A stretch of DNA of 63,175 bases, filler included, from Craspedostauros australis (lineage: Eukaryota), in NCBI GenBank assembly GCA_030167865.1. It is 9 parts of 9 records of this genome, joined end to end, with 100 filler letters (N's around TTAATTAATTAA, not from the genome) between each part and the next. Parts side by side here need not be neighbours in the genome. Positions count along the whole stretch, not along the records: positions 16,493 to 33,870 come from JALAGF010004591.1; positions 33,971 to 47,498 come from JALAGF010004592.1; 7 more parts are not named here. The stretch is one strand, 5' to 3'. Within the stretch, counting starts at the first letter, position 1. Each line of letters starts with the position of its first letter. The position numbers and the translations under genes are program-made. Shown one piece after another: positions 21,301-34,152 of the stretch. A model generated the notes under the pieces. That model was not told the origin of the DNA, ran no database searches, and saw nothing but the letters and a program-made list of their open reading frames with translations.

Positions 21301-24211
21301 TATGCAAAATATAGCACTATTTCACACTAAGCTTAGTGTGTTAATACAAAGTCCTGCGCAACTTGCTTTGCTCCCATTGGACAGGGGATGCCAAGGTCAT
21401 CTGCTGAGCTGTTGGCATGGTGTGGAAAGAGACTGGTGGCAGTGGTGTTGTTCTCCATGTTGTTTTCATGTTGTGATTCATGTGCTTGCAGATTCACTGA
21501 CACGAAAATACCAAGCCGAGAGGAGAGCAGATGAACAACAGCCAGCAGCCAGAGATGGCTGTTGGCGACAACGAGCAGAGAAGACGCCCAAAGGAACCAA
21601 CAGAGAATAGATCTGAAATGAGGACAAGGCCGCAATAAAGAGTAGGCATATGGAGGGAAGGCAGTGTGTGCTGATTGGGACATGGACAAAGATCGACGTC
21701 CTGGGACATAAACGGCAGTAGAACCGAGAACAAGACAGTGTGAAAGTCAAGCTGGGGGTCAAGATCTAGATCACCCACTAGCCCACAACTCTGAATTTTG
21801 ACAACTGATCCATGGCCCAGATGAATCAGCATCCTTGGCATGCCTACCGCTGCCACGCAATCCTCAACATTTCTTCGAAACCAACCGCCTCACCAACGCG
21901 AAATGTGATTGTGTCGATGATGGGCACGACTGGATAACAAAATCGAAGCACGACTGGAGTTTCCAAACCCAATTGCACGTCTACGTCCGCATGCCCAACG
22001 TGTTTAGAAATAGACTAATGCGAAAAATATAAACTTTTTAACTACAAGGATCAGGAGCTTCTTACTTCAAGCATATACTCTCTACAACATTTTAGGATGA
22101 ACGAAGCCCTCAAACTAAAAATCGGCACGATAATACCTTTGTATCCTGAATGGGGTCATAGGTCGCAGCATGCAGCAATGGAACGAGAAGTATGTACGAG
22201 CGCTGTCCACGGTAAAGAGCATGCAGAAACGAGACCACAACAGCCGTGGTTGGTATCGTTCTTGGTGTGCTTCTTTTGTGCTACCATGCGTCATTCGTTG
22301 GGCATCATGATGTCGTCTCCAAGAATGTCATTGAGGCGAGATGACAAAACAACCAGCCCCTTGTCGTTGGTGCGCCAAAAGTCCGGGTGCGAGTATACCC
22401 CACCTCAGCACCTACTATGCTCACTGGGGGTGGTACACAGCGAACTGTCGTGCCAACTCGTGCCAATACGCGCAGGACGGTGGGGGTATGGCACGGCATC
22501 ATTGCATGGACCATTCCGTTGTTCGGCATCTCCACCATCATTCTGGTGCGGCCTGGCCGAACGGAACTTGCAAAAGTCTGGCGAGAACTGTTTCCACCTT
22601 CCTGAAAGAGAAACCAAATTGCATCACTCGACACCAAAAAGTAAGCAGAGACAACAAGGGGAGAGAACGAGGGAGAGAGACAGGAAAGAAAAAGGAAACA
22701 AGCACGAAGAGAGGAACAGAGGTCTTAACGACTGTCCGCGGAATAGGAATCCCTGTTCGGTTGTTTTCATCAAGTACGCACGAAACTGTGCCAAGGACCT
22801 GAGCGATTCAATGCGCTCTGCCGACCTTTGTATTTAATGTACTAGGTAGCATTCGTGTCACGCTTTTCCAGCTTGGGTGGAGTCTACCTCTCTTGTTCGG
22901 CTTCGGATGGAGATGTCGTGACATGGACATGCGTCGTGGACCAGTGCCCAGTACCAATGTTTCACGAATGGCCTTGTGAGGTTTTGCTTCAATGATGGTC
23001 TCCCAATGTTCTCCGTCTTGTGATACTTCCTTTCGTGCCGCATCTTCTACTTCCAGGAACACGAAATTGCTATGTCCTATTTTGTGTACGAGCACGAGCG
23101 AGAGCACTCGTGCGACTATGCCAGCGGACTTATGCTCCCGCATGCCTGCGCTGCCTTGAGAGAGGACAGACAAGAAATGCTTTGGTGTTGTGTTAGCTCT
23201 AATTTTGTTGGCTGCATCTCGCACGACCGTGGCCGATTCGCTTCGGCTTCCCCAAACGAATGATGCGAGGAACGGAAGCGTTCCAATCCATTGACGGATC
23301 CAAATGCCGACACTCACATTCTGGGTGGTGTGATAGGAACGAACACCTTGAAGGCGAAATAAAACGAACCATCATGTAGTTACAAGAACCCACAGCGCAC
23401 TGGCACGAACTCGCACAAGGAGGCGGCCTCCACCAACATCAGAGGATTGACAATCGCTCCTCTTGTTCGTGTGCGTCAGCGAACGCCTTTACGGTATCTG
23501 GCTGCCACGGCTGTTCTGCCAGTGATCGCTCGCCACGGCGAAGAATAGATTCAGCTATTGGGAGAAAGGTAGGTGGACATGGTAGGGCAGGTAGACGAGG
23601 TACAGCGGGTACGAGCAAATGCCGAGTCCTGCGGTCCCAGCCTGGTAGGTTTGTTTGGTATGAGCGCGGAACTGTGGACGTGCGAGTACTTGCCAGTAGG
23701 AGTTGGTACACGTGCGATGGATGATTGGGTATGGGAATGCTCGTCCATGATCAGTGCTGCGGATCAAAGCCCCCGAATCTCAGCGACGTCGCTGGCAGAA
23801 CTGCTGCGATCCGCCAATCACCCAAACTTCTCCAGGTGACAGCGAGCCTTTCTCCCAACAGAAACATGAGAACATTCCTTTTCCCAATCCCGACCTCCAC
23901 ATCACGAGTACTCTCGCTCTCACCCTCGCTCTCATTCTCACTCCACCGCCCATCACCCTCACTCCTACTCTCACTCTGTCACCCCCACCTCGCACTACGA
24001 GCCTCACGCTCTCTTTGGTTTCGTTGCAGTTGCTGTGGTCACTTCTTTTCGAACCCGTTTTGACGACGCACATCACTCCAACGACACCGAACAACGCAAT
24101 CGCACTCACGCTCGCACATCATCATCGCCATCACCGATCACAACATCACCAATCATATTCTGCATAACGGCGTTGGTGACAACGACATCCATCTCTCTTG
24201 ACAAAGCAACG

Positions 24212-25897
24212 ATGCTATCATCTCCCATCACACAACCAACAACAGGGCCACCATCATCTCCATCATCGTTGTGCTCTCCGTCTTCAACATCGACCTCGAC
24301 ATCAACATCGACATCAACACCAGCAGCATCGCCTTCGATGACAGATCCAACCACCTCTCCGAATGAGAGCAACAGGTACGGCACCGTGAGCAGCAGCACC
24401 GACAACGCGAAAAGAGCGTTGATGACGTTGGTGCACGCAGCAACCACGTTGGCCGCTGAAGCCGCCGATGATGGCAACGGCACAGGAAAGCCATCGGATA
24501 CCGCGGTCCCGCTCAAGAAAAGGCATCACAACGCTTTGCTGACCACGGCAAAACCCAGCGCACCTCACGAAAGCTCCGCGGAGCTCTCTGCCGCGAAAAA
24601 GTCATCCATCGGCCCATCCCAGCCCACCAACAAGGCAGCAAGCAATGCCGCAGCCAGCGCCGTTGCCAAAGCAACCCTGGATGAGAGGAAGCAGACCTTC
24701 CCGGAACTGCTGATGTCCGTTCTGGACGATGAGGCTAATGCCGACGTCCTGGTCTGGATGCCAGACGGCAGCGCATTTACCATCAGGGACCCGAAGCGCT
24801 TCACGAGGAATCATATGCCCGACATATTCAACATCCGCAACATGTCCTCCTTTGTTCGCAAGCTTGGGCGATGGGGGTTCACACGCGTCCATGAACGTGA
24901 AACAAGAAACTCGGACATCTTCAAGCACAAGACCTTCCGACGTGGCGACCATGGCGCGTGCTCTGCCATTCGTTGCGTCGGCAAGCAGAAGCATCATGCT
25001 TCTACCCCAAGCGCTGCTCCCGTCCGCATGCGTGGCATCGCCGACGCCCCATTCACGCCAAGAACACCGCCCTTGGCGATGTCCCCGATGAACAGGATTC
25101 TCAGCTTTTCGCTGGGAAAACCCAACATGGAAGGCATCCTGACGAACGGCGACCACAGCAGCGTGGCCAACAGCACCAGCACAAGTGCCAGCATCAGCTC
25201 CCGCAGCAACGCCAGCGGCAGCGGGGCCATCAACATCGGCGGTGCTCGCAGCGTCTTCTCGGTCAGCAACACCCGAACAGACTGCAACCGCAAAGCGCCT
25301 GGGCCTCTCTACCACCCCAGCCTCGTGTCGCCCATCGCGCACGGCATGGCTCAAAACGTGGCGCTGCATGGATTCACCGCGCCTCCTGCCGTGCAAAAGC
25401 CGAATCTCCAGGACGTTCCTGTCGTACGCCGAGGACTGGAAACGAGAACAAACGAACCCACGAATGACAAGCCAAATCTGGAAATGACTTCGCGTGTGCT
25501 CAATGCCGTCATCGAGACGATAAAGACCGAAGGGAGGTCGGCTGAGCTCAACAAGTTCCTGGGCATCACCAGCAACACAAGCCAAGCCCCGCCAGAAGTT
25601 TCTCACGCAGCAGCAACCTCGACAGCAGCGGCCGCTCCTGCGACGAACTTCATCTCAGCGCATATCCAGCAACAGATACTGGCACAGCAAGCCGTGACTG
25701 CCTCCAGGATTCTTGCGGATCATCTGGTGAGGCAAGCCGCAACGGCCGTCGCAGTGCAAGGAAGGGCATTGCAGCAGCAGCCAAACTTGGCTGGAAACAT
25801 CTCCACAGCAGATGTGGAGCTGCTCCGGAGACTGCAAAACATGAAGCACATCACCCCATTCGATATCCATGCCTCGCTCTTCGATCGCAAGCGCTAA
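24212..25897 (+). CDS. Heat-shock-factor (HSF) DNA-binding domain transcription factor
   Basis: TFPELLMSVLDD...VLVWMPDGSAFTI...NMSSFVRKLGRWGFTRV...FKHKTFRRG is an HSF domain, flanked by Ser/Ala/Gln-rich sequence. The first in-frame ATG is at 24212. Confidence 0.92.
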   Translation: MLSSPITQPTTGPPSSPSSLCSPSSTSTSTSTSTSTPAASPSMTDPTTSPNESNRYGTVSSSTDNAKRALMTLVHAATTLAAEAADDGNGTGKPSDTAVPLKKRHHNALLTTAKPSAPHESSAELSAAKKSSIGPSQPTNKAASNAAASAVAKATLDERKQTFPELLMSVLDDEANADVLVWMPDGSAFTIRDPKRFTRNHMPDIFNIRNMSSFVRKLGRWGFTRVHERETRNSDIFKHKTFRRGDHGACSAIRCVGKQKHHASTPSAAPVRMRGIADAPFTPRTPPLAMSPMNRILSFSLGKPNMEGILTNGDHSSVANSTSTSASISSRSNASGSGAINIGGARSVFSVSNTRTDCNRKAPGPLYHPSLVSPIAHGMAQNVALHGFTAPPAVQKPNLQDVPVVRRGLETRTNEPTNDKPNLEMTSRVLNAVIETIKTEGRSAELNKFLGITSNTSQAPPEVSHAAATSTAAAAPATNFISAHIQQQILAQQAVTASRILADHLVRQAATAVAVQGRALQQQPNLAGNISTADVELLRRLQNMKHITPFDIHASLFDRKR

Positions 25898-27432
25898 ACG
25901 CGATGCCATCATGCCAGCAGCAGCAAACACGGAGGTGGTACACTTTTTCATAGAGTGCCTTACTCGCACTCCTACTCCTACTCCTCTTCTACATTTTGAA
26001 ATTTACAACTATACAAATTATACGATCCTAATACTACTCTAGCCCAATTGAACATTTTTGAAAAGGCATTTGGTTGGCGTCGAGCTGCTTCAGGGATGAA
26101 CCGAGAGGTTTGATCCGCCAGCCGTTCCGCAACAACAACCGCGCACAAATGAACGAGCGAACGATGGCGATGACTTCTGCCCCTCTGGGGTGGCCTTCTT
26201 CCATTATTGGTGGAGCACTTCGTCGTGTGATGCGCACACTAGAGAGTATGGTATGGTACAGAAGCCGCGAGAATACAAGTGGAGAACGTAACGAACAGCT
26301 GCCCACTCGTCGCTGCCGTGACGTTGCGACCACGACCATACACCAATTCGACCAGCAACAGCTGCCGAGATACTCATCATCACACGTGCTTCCTCATAGC
26401 TCGTACGGCACAGAGCCATGACCACCGTGCACGACCCTGAAAAGGTTACGCTCGCGCATGCATGGTAGTCCACATGGTACGGGTACTCGTTCGCTCGGAT
26501 GCTGTTTTCGTAGGAGCTACTGTACCAACACTGATGCCGAACAGATGCCAAAAAAGAAACGCCACAGCCGCGAGATTCCAAGTCGAAGACGGAAAAGAAA
26601 CACCAGAGGAAGAAAGCTCCGAGAGGAGTTTGTGTGCGTTGCAGCACCATGTTCTGGCATTCTGTGGTGGCGGCATAATATCACTTTGCCGGTATCCCAG
26701 ACATGCAGGTTGAGGAGAACGACGGAATGCGGGATGTCAAGATGATCTTGATGTCACTTCTGTCGTTGCGCAATGCGAAGACGAAGCGGAGATTTAGACT
26801 CAAACGAAGGTTTAATCCACATGTGAATGCCGGTGGTGATGCCAAGCTGTGCAAGCCACATAGCACATGCACAGGCAAAAAGCGCGAAGATCGTCATCCA
26901 TGGGAGCAGTAAAATTGTCAACTCAGCGCAAGAACAACCACAATAACGTATACCATGGGAGAGGTATACAAAATATGATCATGTTCTGAATGTCTTCCTT
27001 CCTTCGAATTACGAACACCAACGCGTGTCGACCTCCAAGGTGCGCCATAGCGTCCCGGCTTTCCGCCTTGGATGGGCGAAACTCCAACGGTCTGATTTTC
27101 AGAGTGACGCGCCTTCCGACAAAATCGTCGCAACCCAGCAATGCGCGTGATACGCACACACATACAGACATACTGCGACTACAAGTTCTCACACATCTCA
27201 CGCCGCTCACTTCTGCTCACCTCCACATCCACCTTCACCTTCACGGTAGCTTTCCTACTCCCATACCTGATCGGAGGTACCACTTCTCTGCTGCCGATAC
27301 AATCTCAGCTCAGGGAGACAACACAAAGTGGGCCTTCACAGTTTCGCAGTTTTGACGATCATTCATCATCCACCGCGCAACATGCGACGACAAGCAGGAA
27401 GGGAACGGCTGCGCGGCGATGGGCGAGGTAAG

Positions 27433-29100
27433 ATGTCGCTGACTTTCGATGCATCGTCATCGTCACCACCACCATCATCGTCATCATTCGCATCGAAGTC
27501 TCTGTCATCGCCACTCCCATTCACGACAGCGCAAGACAGATCTTTGAGAGCTGGACAAGTCAACAGACAGCGAACACGGCTGGAGCATGTCATCCCGCTG
27601 GGTTCATCATTGATGGTGGCACCCAAGGCCTACAGAAGGATCATATTGATGTGCGTGATCGCATCGGTCGCCCTTCTGCCACTGTCGACACGAAGGGTCG
27701 ATGAACAAAACAGAAGACTGAACATTGACGACAAGCCCAGCTTTCAGCAGCAGCAACAGCAGCAACACTCACGACCAAGGATTATCAGTATCGATTATCC
27801 GTCGTTGCATACAGGAAAGGTTGTTGCTCCGGAGGTACTGACTTTCAATTTCACATCTACAGACTTCGAACTCGAAGCAGCTCGAAAGAGCGCATGGAAG
27901 GAACGCAATCACTTCATCCCGGAATCGGAGAAACTCGGTTGTCCGTTCGTCGCCGATTGGCAAATCGAACGCAACCCCCACCCGATCTGCAACAGCGTCC
28001 ACGAGATTGGGATGCGGCTAGATAGCGGCCACGAGATGACGAAGAAAGACTCGCGAGAGGTGTCTGTGAAGCACATCGCGAACGGAGGTTGCAAAGATGT
28101 TTGGACGGTGCGCAACGAGGTGGATCAGCGGTTGTACGGTCGTGCACGATCAAACTATGTCATCAAGACGCAAGTGTACGATCACAGCTATCACGAGAAG
28201 GACCTTGACAAGCACAGGATAGATGCCATCGTGATGGAGCAAACAACCTCCAGCCCACACATCCTGAACATGCACGCGTACTGCGGTTTCACGCACGTCG
28301 TGGAATCTGCCCCGACCACGCTGAAGCATTGGATCGCGCAGGAGAGCATGACCGCCACGTCCTACCAAAAGCTGCAAGTCGCAACGCAGGTTGCCACGGC
28401 ATTGAGCGATAGTCATCTGTTCCACGGCGATACGCCAACGGTGGCCCACACGGACATCAAGTCGGATCAATTCTTGCTCACGGAGGAAGGATCGGGCATG
28501 TTCAAGCTCAACGACTTTAACCGTGGCTTCCTGTTGACATCCAAAGAGCCTCCTGAGATCTGCCCCTTCATCTACAATGTGAATCACCAAGGCAGCCGAT
28601 CACGAGCGCCGGAGGAGTACATCTATGATGGTCCGCAGACGGACAAGGTGGACGTATTTGCTCTCGGTTCCGTCTTCTACGAGCTCCTGACCACTTACAA
28701 GCCATTCGCCGGCACTGACTATGAATTGGCACGCGATTACATTGCGAATGGAACTCAGCCGGAGCTGCCAGACGACATCGCAACGTCGTCCGACCCCAGC
28801 ATCGCCGCGATCGTGGAAGCGATGCACTGGGCGAGGTCCTTCAAAGCCAGCGATCGGCCGAGCTCCAAACGGCTGGCGAAACAGCTGCAGACCAAGCTCA
28901 ATGAAATCGCCGCATCACAAAAGCAAACAGCCCGCGAGGCTGCTGTTGCACAGCAGTTAATGCAAGATGCGACAGAGGTAGCGATGGAGGCAGAGCCAGT
29001 CGAAGGTGTCGTTGTGGCGCAAGGAACGCAACAGTCAACAACAACTGGAACCGCAGCAACTGCGACAATACCAAGAGCAGCAGCAACAGCAGCAGAATAA
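27433..29100 (+). CDS. Protein kinase, PKDCC/VLK-like, with N-terminal signal anchor
   Basis: IANGGCKDVW (Gly loop), VIK, HTDIKSDQFLL (catalytic loop), FKLNDFNRG, RAPEEY, DKVDVFALG, DRPSS. Hydrophobic segment RRIILMCVIASVALLPL. The start codon is uncertain (27433 chosen). Confidence 0.88.
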   Translation: MSLTFDASSSSPPPSSSSFASKSLSSPLPFTTAQDRSLRAGQVNRQRTRLEHVIPLGSSLMVAPKAYRRIILMCVIASVALLPLSTRRVDEQNRRLNIDDKPSFQQQQQQQHSRPRIISIDYPSLHTGKVVAPEVLTFNFTSTDFELEAARKSAWKERNHFIPESEKLGCPFVADWQIERNPHPICNSVHEIGMRLDSGHEMTKKDSREVSVKHIANGGCKDVWTVRNEVDQRLYGRARSNYVIKTQVYDHSYHEKDLDKHRIDAIVMEQTTSSPHILNMHAYCGFTHVVESAPTTLKHWIAQESMTATSYQKLQVATQVATALSDSHLFHGDTPTVAHTDIKSDQFLLTEEGSGMFKLNDFNRGFLLTSKEPPEICPFIYNVNHQGSRSRAPEEYIYDGPQTDKVDVFALGSVFYELLTTYKPFAGTDYELARDYIANGTQPELPDDIATSSDPSIAAIVEAMHWARSFKASDRPSSKRLAKQLQTKLNEIAASQKQTAREAAVAQQLMQDATEVAMEAEPVEGVVVAQGTQQSTTTGTAATATIPRAAATAAE

Positions 29101-29379
29101 AAATCATATAATAGAATATCAAGAGATCAATGGACTTCACGTAGAGCAACGACTGTTAGGCCACATTAGTACCAAGTACCAGCATCATATCATATTATTA
29201 TGTATTTGTCAAACATCCTGACAGTACGAGCAACAATGCTCTGGATGGAGGAAACGGAATTGCGACACACACTGGGCGCCATTCGACACCCACGTGAACC
29301 ATCGTACGAGGATGATGATCCACGTCGCTTCACTTCTCGCATGTCCTACATACGTACATATAGTATGAATATCAGAATC

Positions 29380-32300
29380 TCACGACGACTCTCGATCCAA
29401 CTTTTCGATCAGCTTGTGTATGACCGTGGCATATGCGTGGGCTCCGTATTGCGTGTACGCTCTGGCGGCGGCGCCCAGATGATCCTTGCCCAACGTGCGA
29501 TTCTTGAGATCGTCGATGTAATGCCGTCCCAACATTTCATTCGTCGTTCCCACTTCGTAGATGCAACCGATTCGATCGGCAAGGGCGATGGCGTGCTGGT
29601 ACTTATCATACGCCAGGCTGTGTCGCTTTTTCAATGCCAGGATTTCCGCATCAAGCGCCGACGATATAGCGAGGCATTGGTACGGATTGGAAGCGGCCAG
29701 CTTCTTGATCAACGCCACGCGGCTCTTTCCTCGTCGGATGTAATTCTTACGCTCGGAACCTTTCGTCGTGCGCGCCAGGCGGAAGCAGGCGGTGGCCTCA
29801 ACCGTGAAGCCGAACCGATCGTAGATGATACCGTCTTTCCTTTCTGTCCAAGGCGCCAGCTGATCGGCTTCCATCAACGCCCGCTTGGGATCGCCGCCAA
29901 TCAGAGCAAGGAAGGCTTTGACGCACGAGATGAGTCGCAGACAGTATATCTTGTTATTCGCGATGGAATACTCCAGCTTATCGTCCAGAATTCCAGAATG
30001 GTCCAATAAATCTGAGTTGGGATCATGTAGTTTCCTCATGCCCTCCACCAGGCAATGCAATCCGAGCTGTGCATGGGAGATGATACAAGCGGGCGAAGAG
30101 TAGAATGGAGTACGAATAGTTACAGGCAAACGTTGAGCGCACTGGAATAGAGCAAATAGCAACACAACCAAGCAATATCACACCGCGATAGATCAATCAT
30201 CAACAGTCTCAACAACAGTGTGCGAACATCACCGCCACTCACCTCCTTGAAATTATTGTGGAAATCTTCCATGCTCGTCAGTTCTTGCAATCGCTCCATG
30301 ACGACATCTATGTGCACCTTGCCGCCATCGAGCAGGAAGAGAGCATGCAGGTATCCGTCAAAGTTGGCGAACTGAGTATCGCCCGATTGCAATCCCACAC
30401 GCTGGCCCGTCAGCAATGGCTCCAAAATCTCTTCCCAAGGTCGCGTGTAGGCAAAGATCATGCCGTAGACGAAGGCGTAGCATCGCGACATGTAGGCGCG
30501 CGATTGGAACTGTTCCAAGAGATCGAGGCACAACTTGCCGTAGCGCACGCCTTCCTTGATTTGCAGCATGTAGCACAGGAGGGATCCGAATCCAGCGAAC
30601 GCGACGGAGGCCATCGCGGACAATCCATCGTCGAGCGTCAGCTTGACCATCTTGAGGACGACGAATCCGAACATGCAGGGTCGGTTCATCCAGGTCGTTA
30701 GGAACAGCAGGTTGAGAATTTGCATCGAGGCGAGCTTTCGGGGATCCGTCATGTGCGGGATGCGCTTGATGGATTGGTCGCTGCGCGATTTGAGGCGGTG
30801 TTTCATGCGAAGGAATTTCCATTTCAGCTTGCGGTTGTCGCTTTTGACGTCGGGCCGGATCATGGGTATATTGACGCCCAGCTGCGCCAGCACGTCGACG
30901 GCCGTTTGGATGGCGAGATTGGTCTTGCATCGCGTGATGAGGACGTGGATCTTGGTGATGTAGGCGCCGACCTTGTCATCGAAGTTGCGGGCGTTGATGA
31001 GGATGTCATCGAGCAGCTGGTCGACGCGCGGGCTATCCTGGATGCTGAACTCCACCTCCGCGGCGTACTTGTGCAGCACGAGACTGAGCTCGTACGTGCT
31101 CTGGTGCCAGGGGTCGTCGCCGAGCAGATCAAACGCCAGCTGCAGGTGCTGCGACGCGGCGCGGATCGAAGATGTATTCGTGGCCTTCTCCGCAGCGCGG
31201 ATGCAAAGCGCCGACATTTCTCGTCGTTGCGTTTCGTCCGTGATGAGATGCACGCCGACCGTCATCTGCGCCAAGACGACCAGCAGGTGATGATCCAGCT
31301 CATCCACATCCAGCGATCGCATGAGACGCAGCGCGATTTCCAGGTGGTAGGCCGGTCTCAAATCTTCCGGAATGAGATCATAGGACGCTTGCTGGATGCG
31401 GTCATGACGGAAGTAAAATCGGCGCTGATCGTCCGTATCATCGACGATGAGCATGCCCTTATCGACAAGACCTTGGATGGAGTCATCGATGTCTTCCTGC
31501 AGCGCGAATCGGATGAGATGCTCGTACGCATGCGTTCTCAAACAGGCGACGACCGTGAGGACCTTCTGCATGTCGCCCGGCAACGAATCCAAACGCCGTT
31601 CGATCATTCCGGACGGACTGCACGTCGAACATTGCACGGCTGTACGCAACACGATCCACGTGCTGTTGCGCTGGTCGTATTGAAAGAAGCAGTACTCCTC
31701 GTTGATCCACCGGATGATCTCCACGATGAAGAGGGGCGAACCTTCTGAATGCGTGAAGATGAAGTTGGCGAGGGCCGTCGCTGGCGCCGGTGGCAGACGA
31801 AAGACGTCGTGGACGATCTCCTGCACGATGGGTTGGTGCAGCGGCGCCAGCTCGATGGTGCAGAGGTCGGCGCCCTTGCTGTCGAGGCGGCGCATCATCT
31901 TGGGGACGAGGCTGTCCGTCGGCACGTCATCGCGCGTCGTGCCGATGAGGAGCAGGCCCTTGTTGTCTGGATCCGTGATGAGGGGCTCCAATTCTCCAAT
32001 GAGCACCTCGCAGGCCCATTGCAGATCATCGAGCACGAGGATGAGGGGATTCTCGGCCGTGCAGACCGCGCGGAAGAATGTTTTGAAGTTTGGCACCGCG
32101 GCCATGGCGCCAGTCGTGTCCGCTGCGATGTTGAGGGTGGGCGACGACGTGCCCATGGCCGCGGACACGGACTCCGCCATCGATTCAAAGAGGGGATTCG
32201 AAGCGAGAGCACCCATGGGCGGCAAATCCGGCTCTCCCAGGATGTCCGCCATGGCCGGGATGAGGCGGTTGATCTGGATGATGGCCTCGTTGCCAAAGGC

Positions 32301-33233
32301 GTTGACGATCCGGTTGCGCACGTCGCGGACGGCCTTCTCGCCTCGCTTCAAGACTTGTGCCGCATACGACGTGAGAGCCTGCGTCATGGGACAGGCGGCA
32401 TATCCCTCGTCCATCTGATCGAACTTGCAAACGCAGAAGTAGCCGTTGATGGTGTCGGCGGCCGTGGCAAATTCGCGCAGCGATCGCACGAGCTTGCTCT
32501 TGCCCAGGCCGCTCCTGCCCGCCACGAGGATGAACTGCGGCGTGCGCGGCACGGTGCCATCCAGCACCTCGGGGTCGCGGCGGTTGGAGGCGAACTGCAT
32601 CAACGATTCCTGCAGGATCTGCGTCTCGATCTGTCTGCCGTACAGGCTGTCGTCCGGAACGTACAAGGGCTTGGGCAGGAGCTCCTCCTCGCGCTGCTGT
32701 CGTGCGAAGTCGTCGTCGTTGTGCGATTGCGGCGCGCTGCGTTCATTTCTGTCATCCTGCGTCCGCGGCGCAAAGTCGTCATGCTCCTCATGGGACTGCA
32801 ACGGCAGTTCCAGCTGCACTTGCGGCTGCAGCTCCGACCGCGACTGCGATGGAGACGAGGAAGTCGTTGTGGGCGTTTGCGGCATGGCCGGATTCGGCTT
32901 CAACGAGATGTTCCTCAGCACGGGGCCATCCTCCTTGCTGGAGCTGCAGTCGCCATGGCTGCTGGCTTGATCGTCGAGGCTTGCCGGGTTGTCGAGGTAT
33001 CGTTCCTCCGAGGTGTGGCTGCCGCTGGAGTTGCACTCGAAGGAAGAACCGCAACCGCAGTCGCCATTGTCATCGACTGACACTTCTTGCGGCATCGTCG
33101 ACTCCAACGCGGCCTCCTGCTGGCTGCTCTCATGGTTCATTCCGCCATGGAGGCCATCATGGGATTGCACGTGAGACTGCACGTGAGACTGCAGGTGGGG
33201 TTGGTGCGGAGTGGTTGCCACAGCTGCCATCAT
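29380..33233 (-). CDS. STAND-class / AAA_16 P-loop NTPase with C-terminal TPR-like helical repeats; two exons (33233-30243, 30066-29380)
   Basis: LYGRQIE, Walker A GRSGLGKS, CKFDQ, Walker B LVLDDLQW, EGSPLFIVE, FRHDRIQQASY. The intron GTGAGT (30242)...CACAG (30067) joins the two ORFs in phase 0; an alternative in-frame acceptor lies near 30143. Confidence 0.88.
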
Positions 33234-34152
33234 GGTCAACGATTCTTCGATCGACTGATGTTTGTTGTTGCTTGCTTTATGGCCTTTCGTGTCTGCCTCG
33301 AGCTTGTTCTTGGTTCGGTTCCTGATTCGGTTCCTGATTTGGTTTGCTGTGATCTCTGCGGATACGAATGATCTGCGATCACGAATGCTGGAGCTCCCAA
33401 GTATTCTGTTCTGATGAACTGCGTGGAGCACACAAAGATCAATCTTGACGCTACCTCAATCTGACACAGGCCAGCGCTTTTGGCGCTTGTTGCGTTCCCT
33501 TCTCTCTCTTTCTTGCTTGCTTGCTTGCTTGCTTGTCCTCCTCCTTGTTGGTTTCTATAATGCCATTGAAAGAGTTTGCTCCGGCCAAGGCAACGTCACC
33601 ACAAGTGGATGACAATGGAGATGTCGGGCATGCAGGTGGTAGTGAAGTTGATACCTTCCTTGTTGCTCTTGTTTGTGCCGCGACACGATAGCGCTGCTGT
33701 TGTGCCAAATGCGAACGATGCTGTTTTTTGCGCGTGTCGCTCTCTGTTTGCTGCAAGGCACGGGAATTCCGCTGAAACTGTCACACGTTCGGATTCGACC
33801 ACTCTGACTATTCAAGAACTTCGCGTGTGACTCGATTGGAACGACTCAATACTCGGAGTATATCCACAACNNNNNNNNNNNNNNNNNNNNNNNNNNNNNN
33901 NNNNNNNNNNNNNNTTAATTAATTAANNNNNNNNNNNNNNNNNNNNNNNNNNNNNNNNNNNNNNNNNNNNCCAGACACGTTTGGACTCGTCACACACATC
34001 ATCTCCGCTTCCCCTCCTCACAATTTCGTTCACGATGAATTGCCAACACCTTGGCAAGCGACGACAGCACAGTCACATTAATCCATTCATTCTCTCTTCA
34101 GATGCATGTGAAACATGTACAATTAGAGTGTATTTATGGATTCGTATGCGCT

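Noticed and set aside
22097..23850. Several 100-250 aa ORFs, including a faint C..C..AQ.GG..H pattern at 22341-22802
   Set aside because: No consistent motif, spacing or frame preference; cannot be supported as genes
30258..33325. Long plus-strand ORFs (e.g. 30720-31748, 31749-33080)
   Set aside because: Antisense shadows of the GC3-rich STAND gene; similar shadows overlie the other genes and TEs
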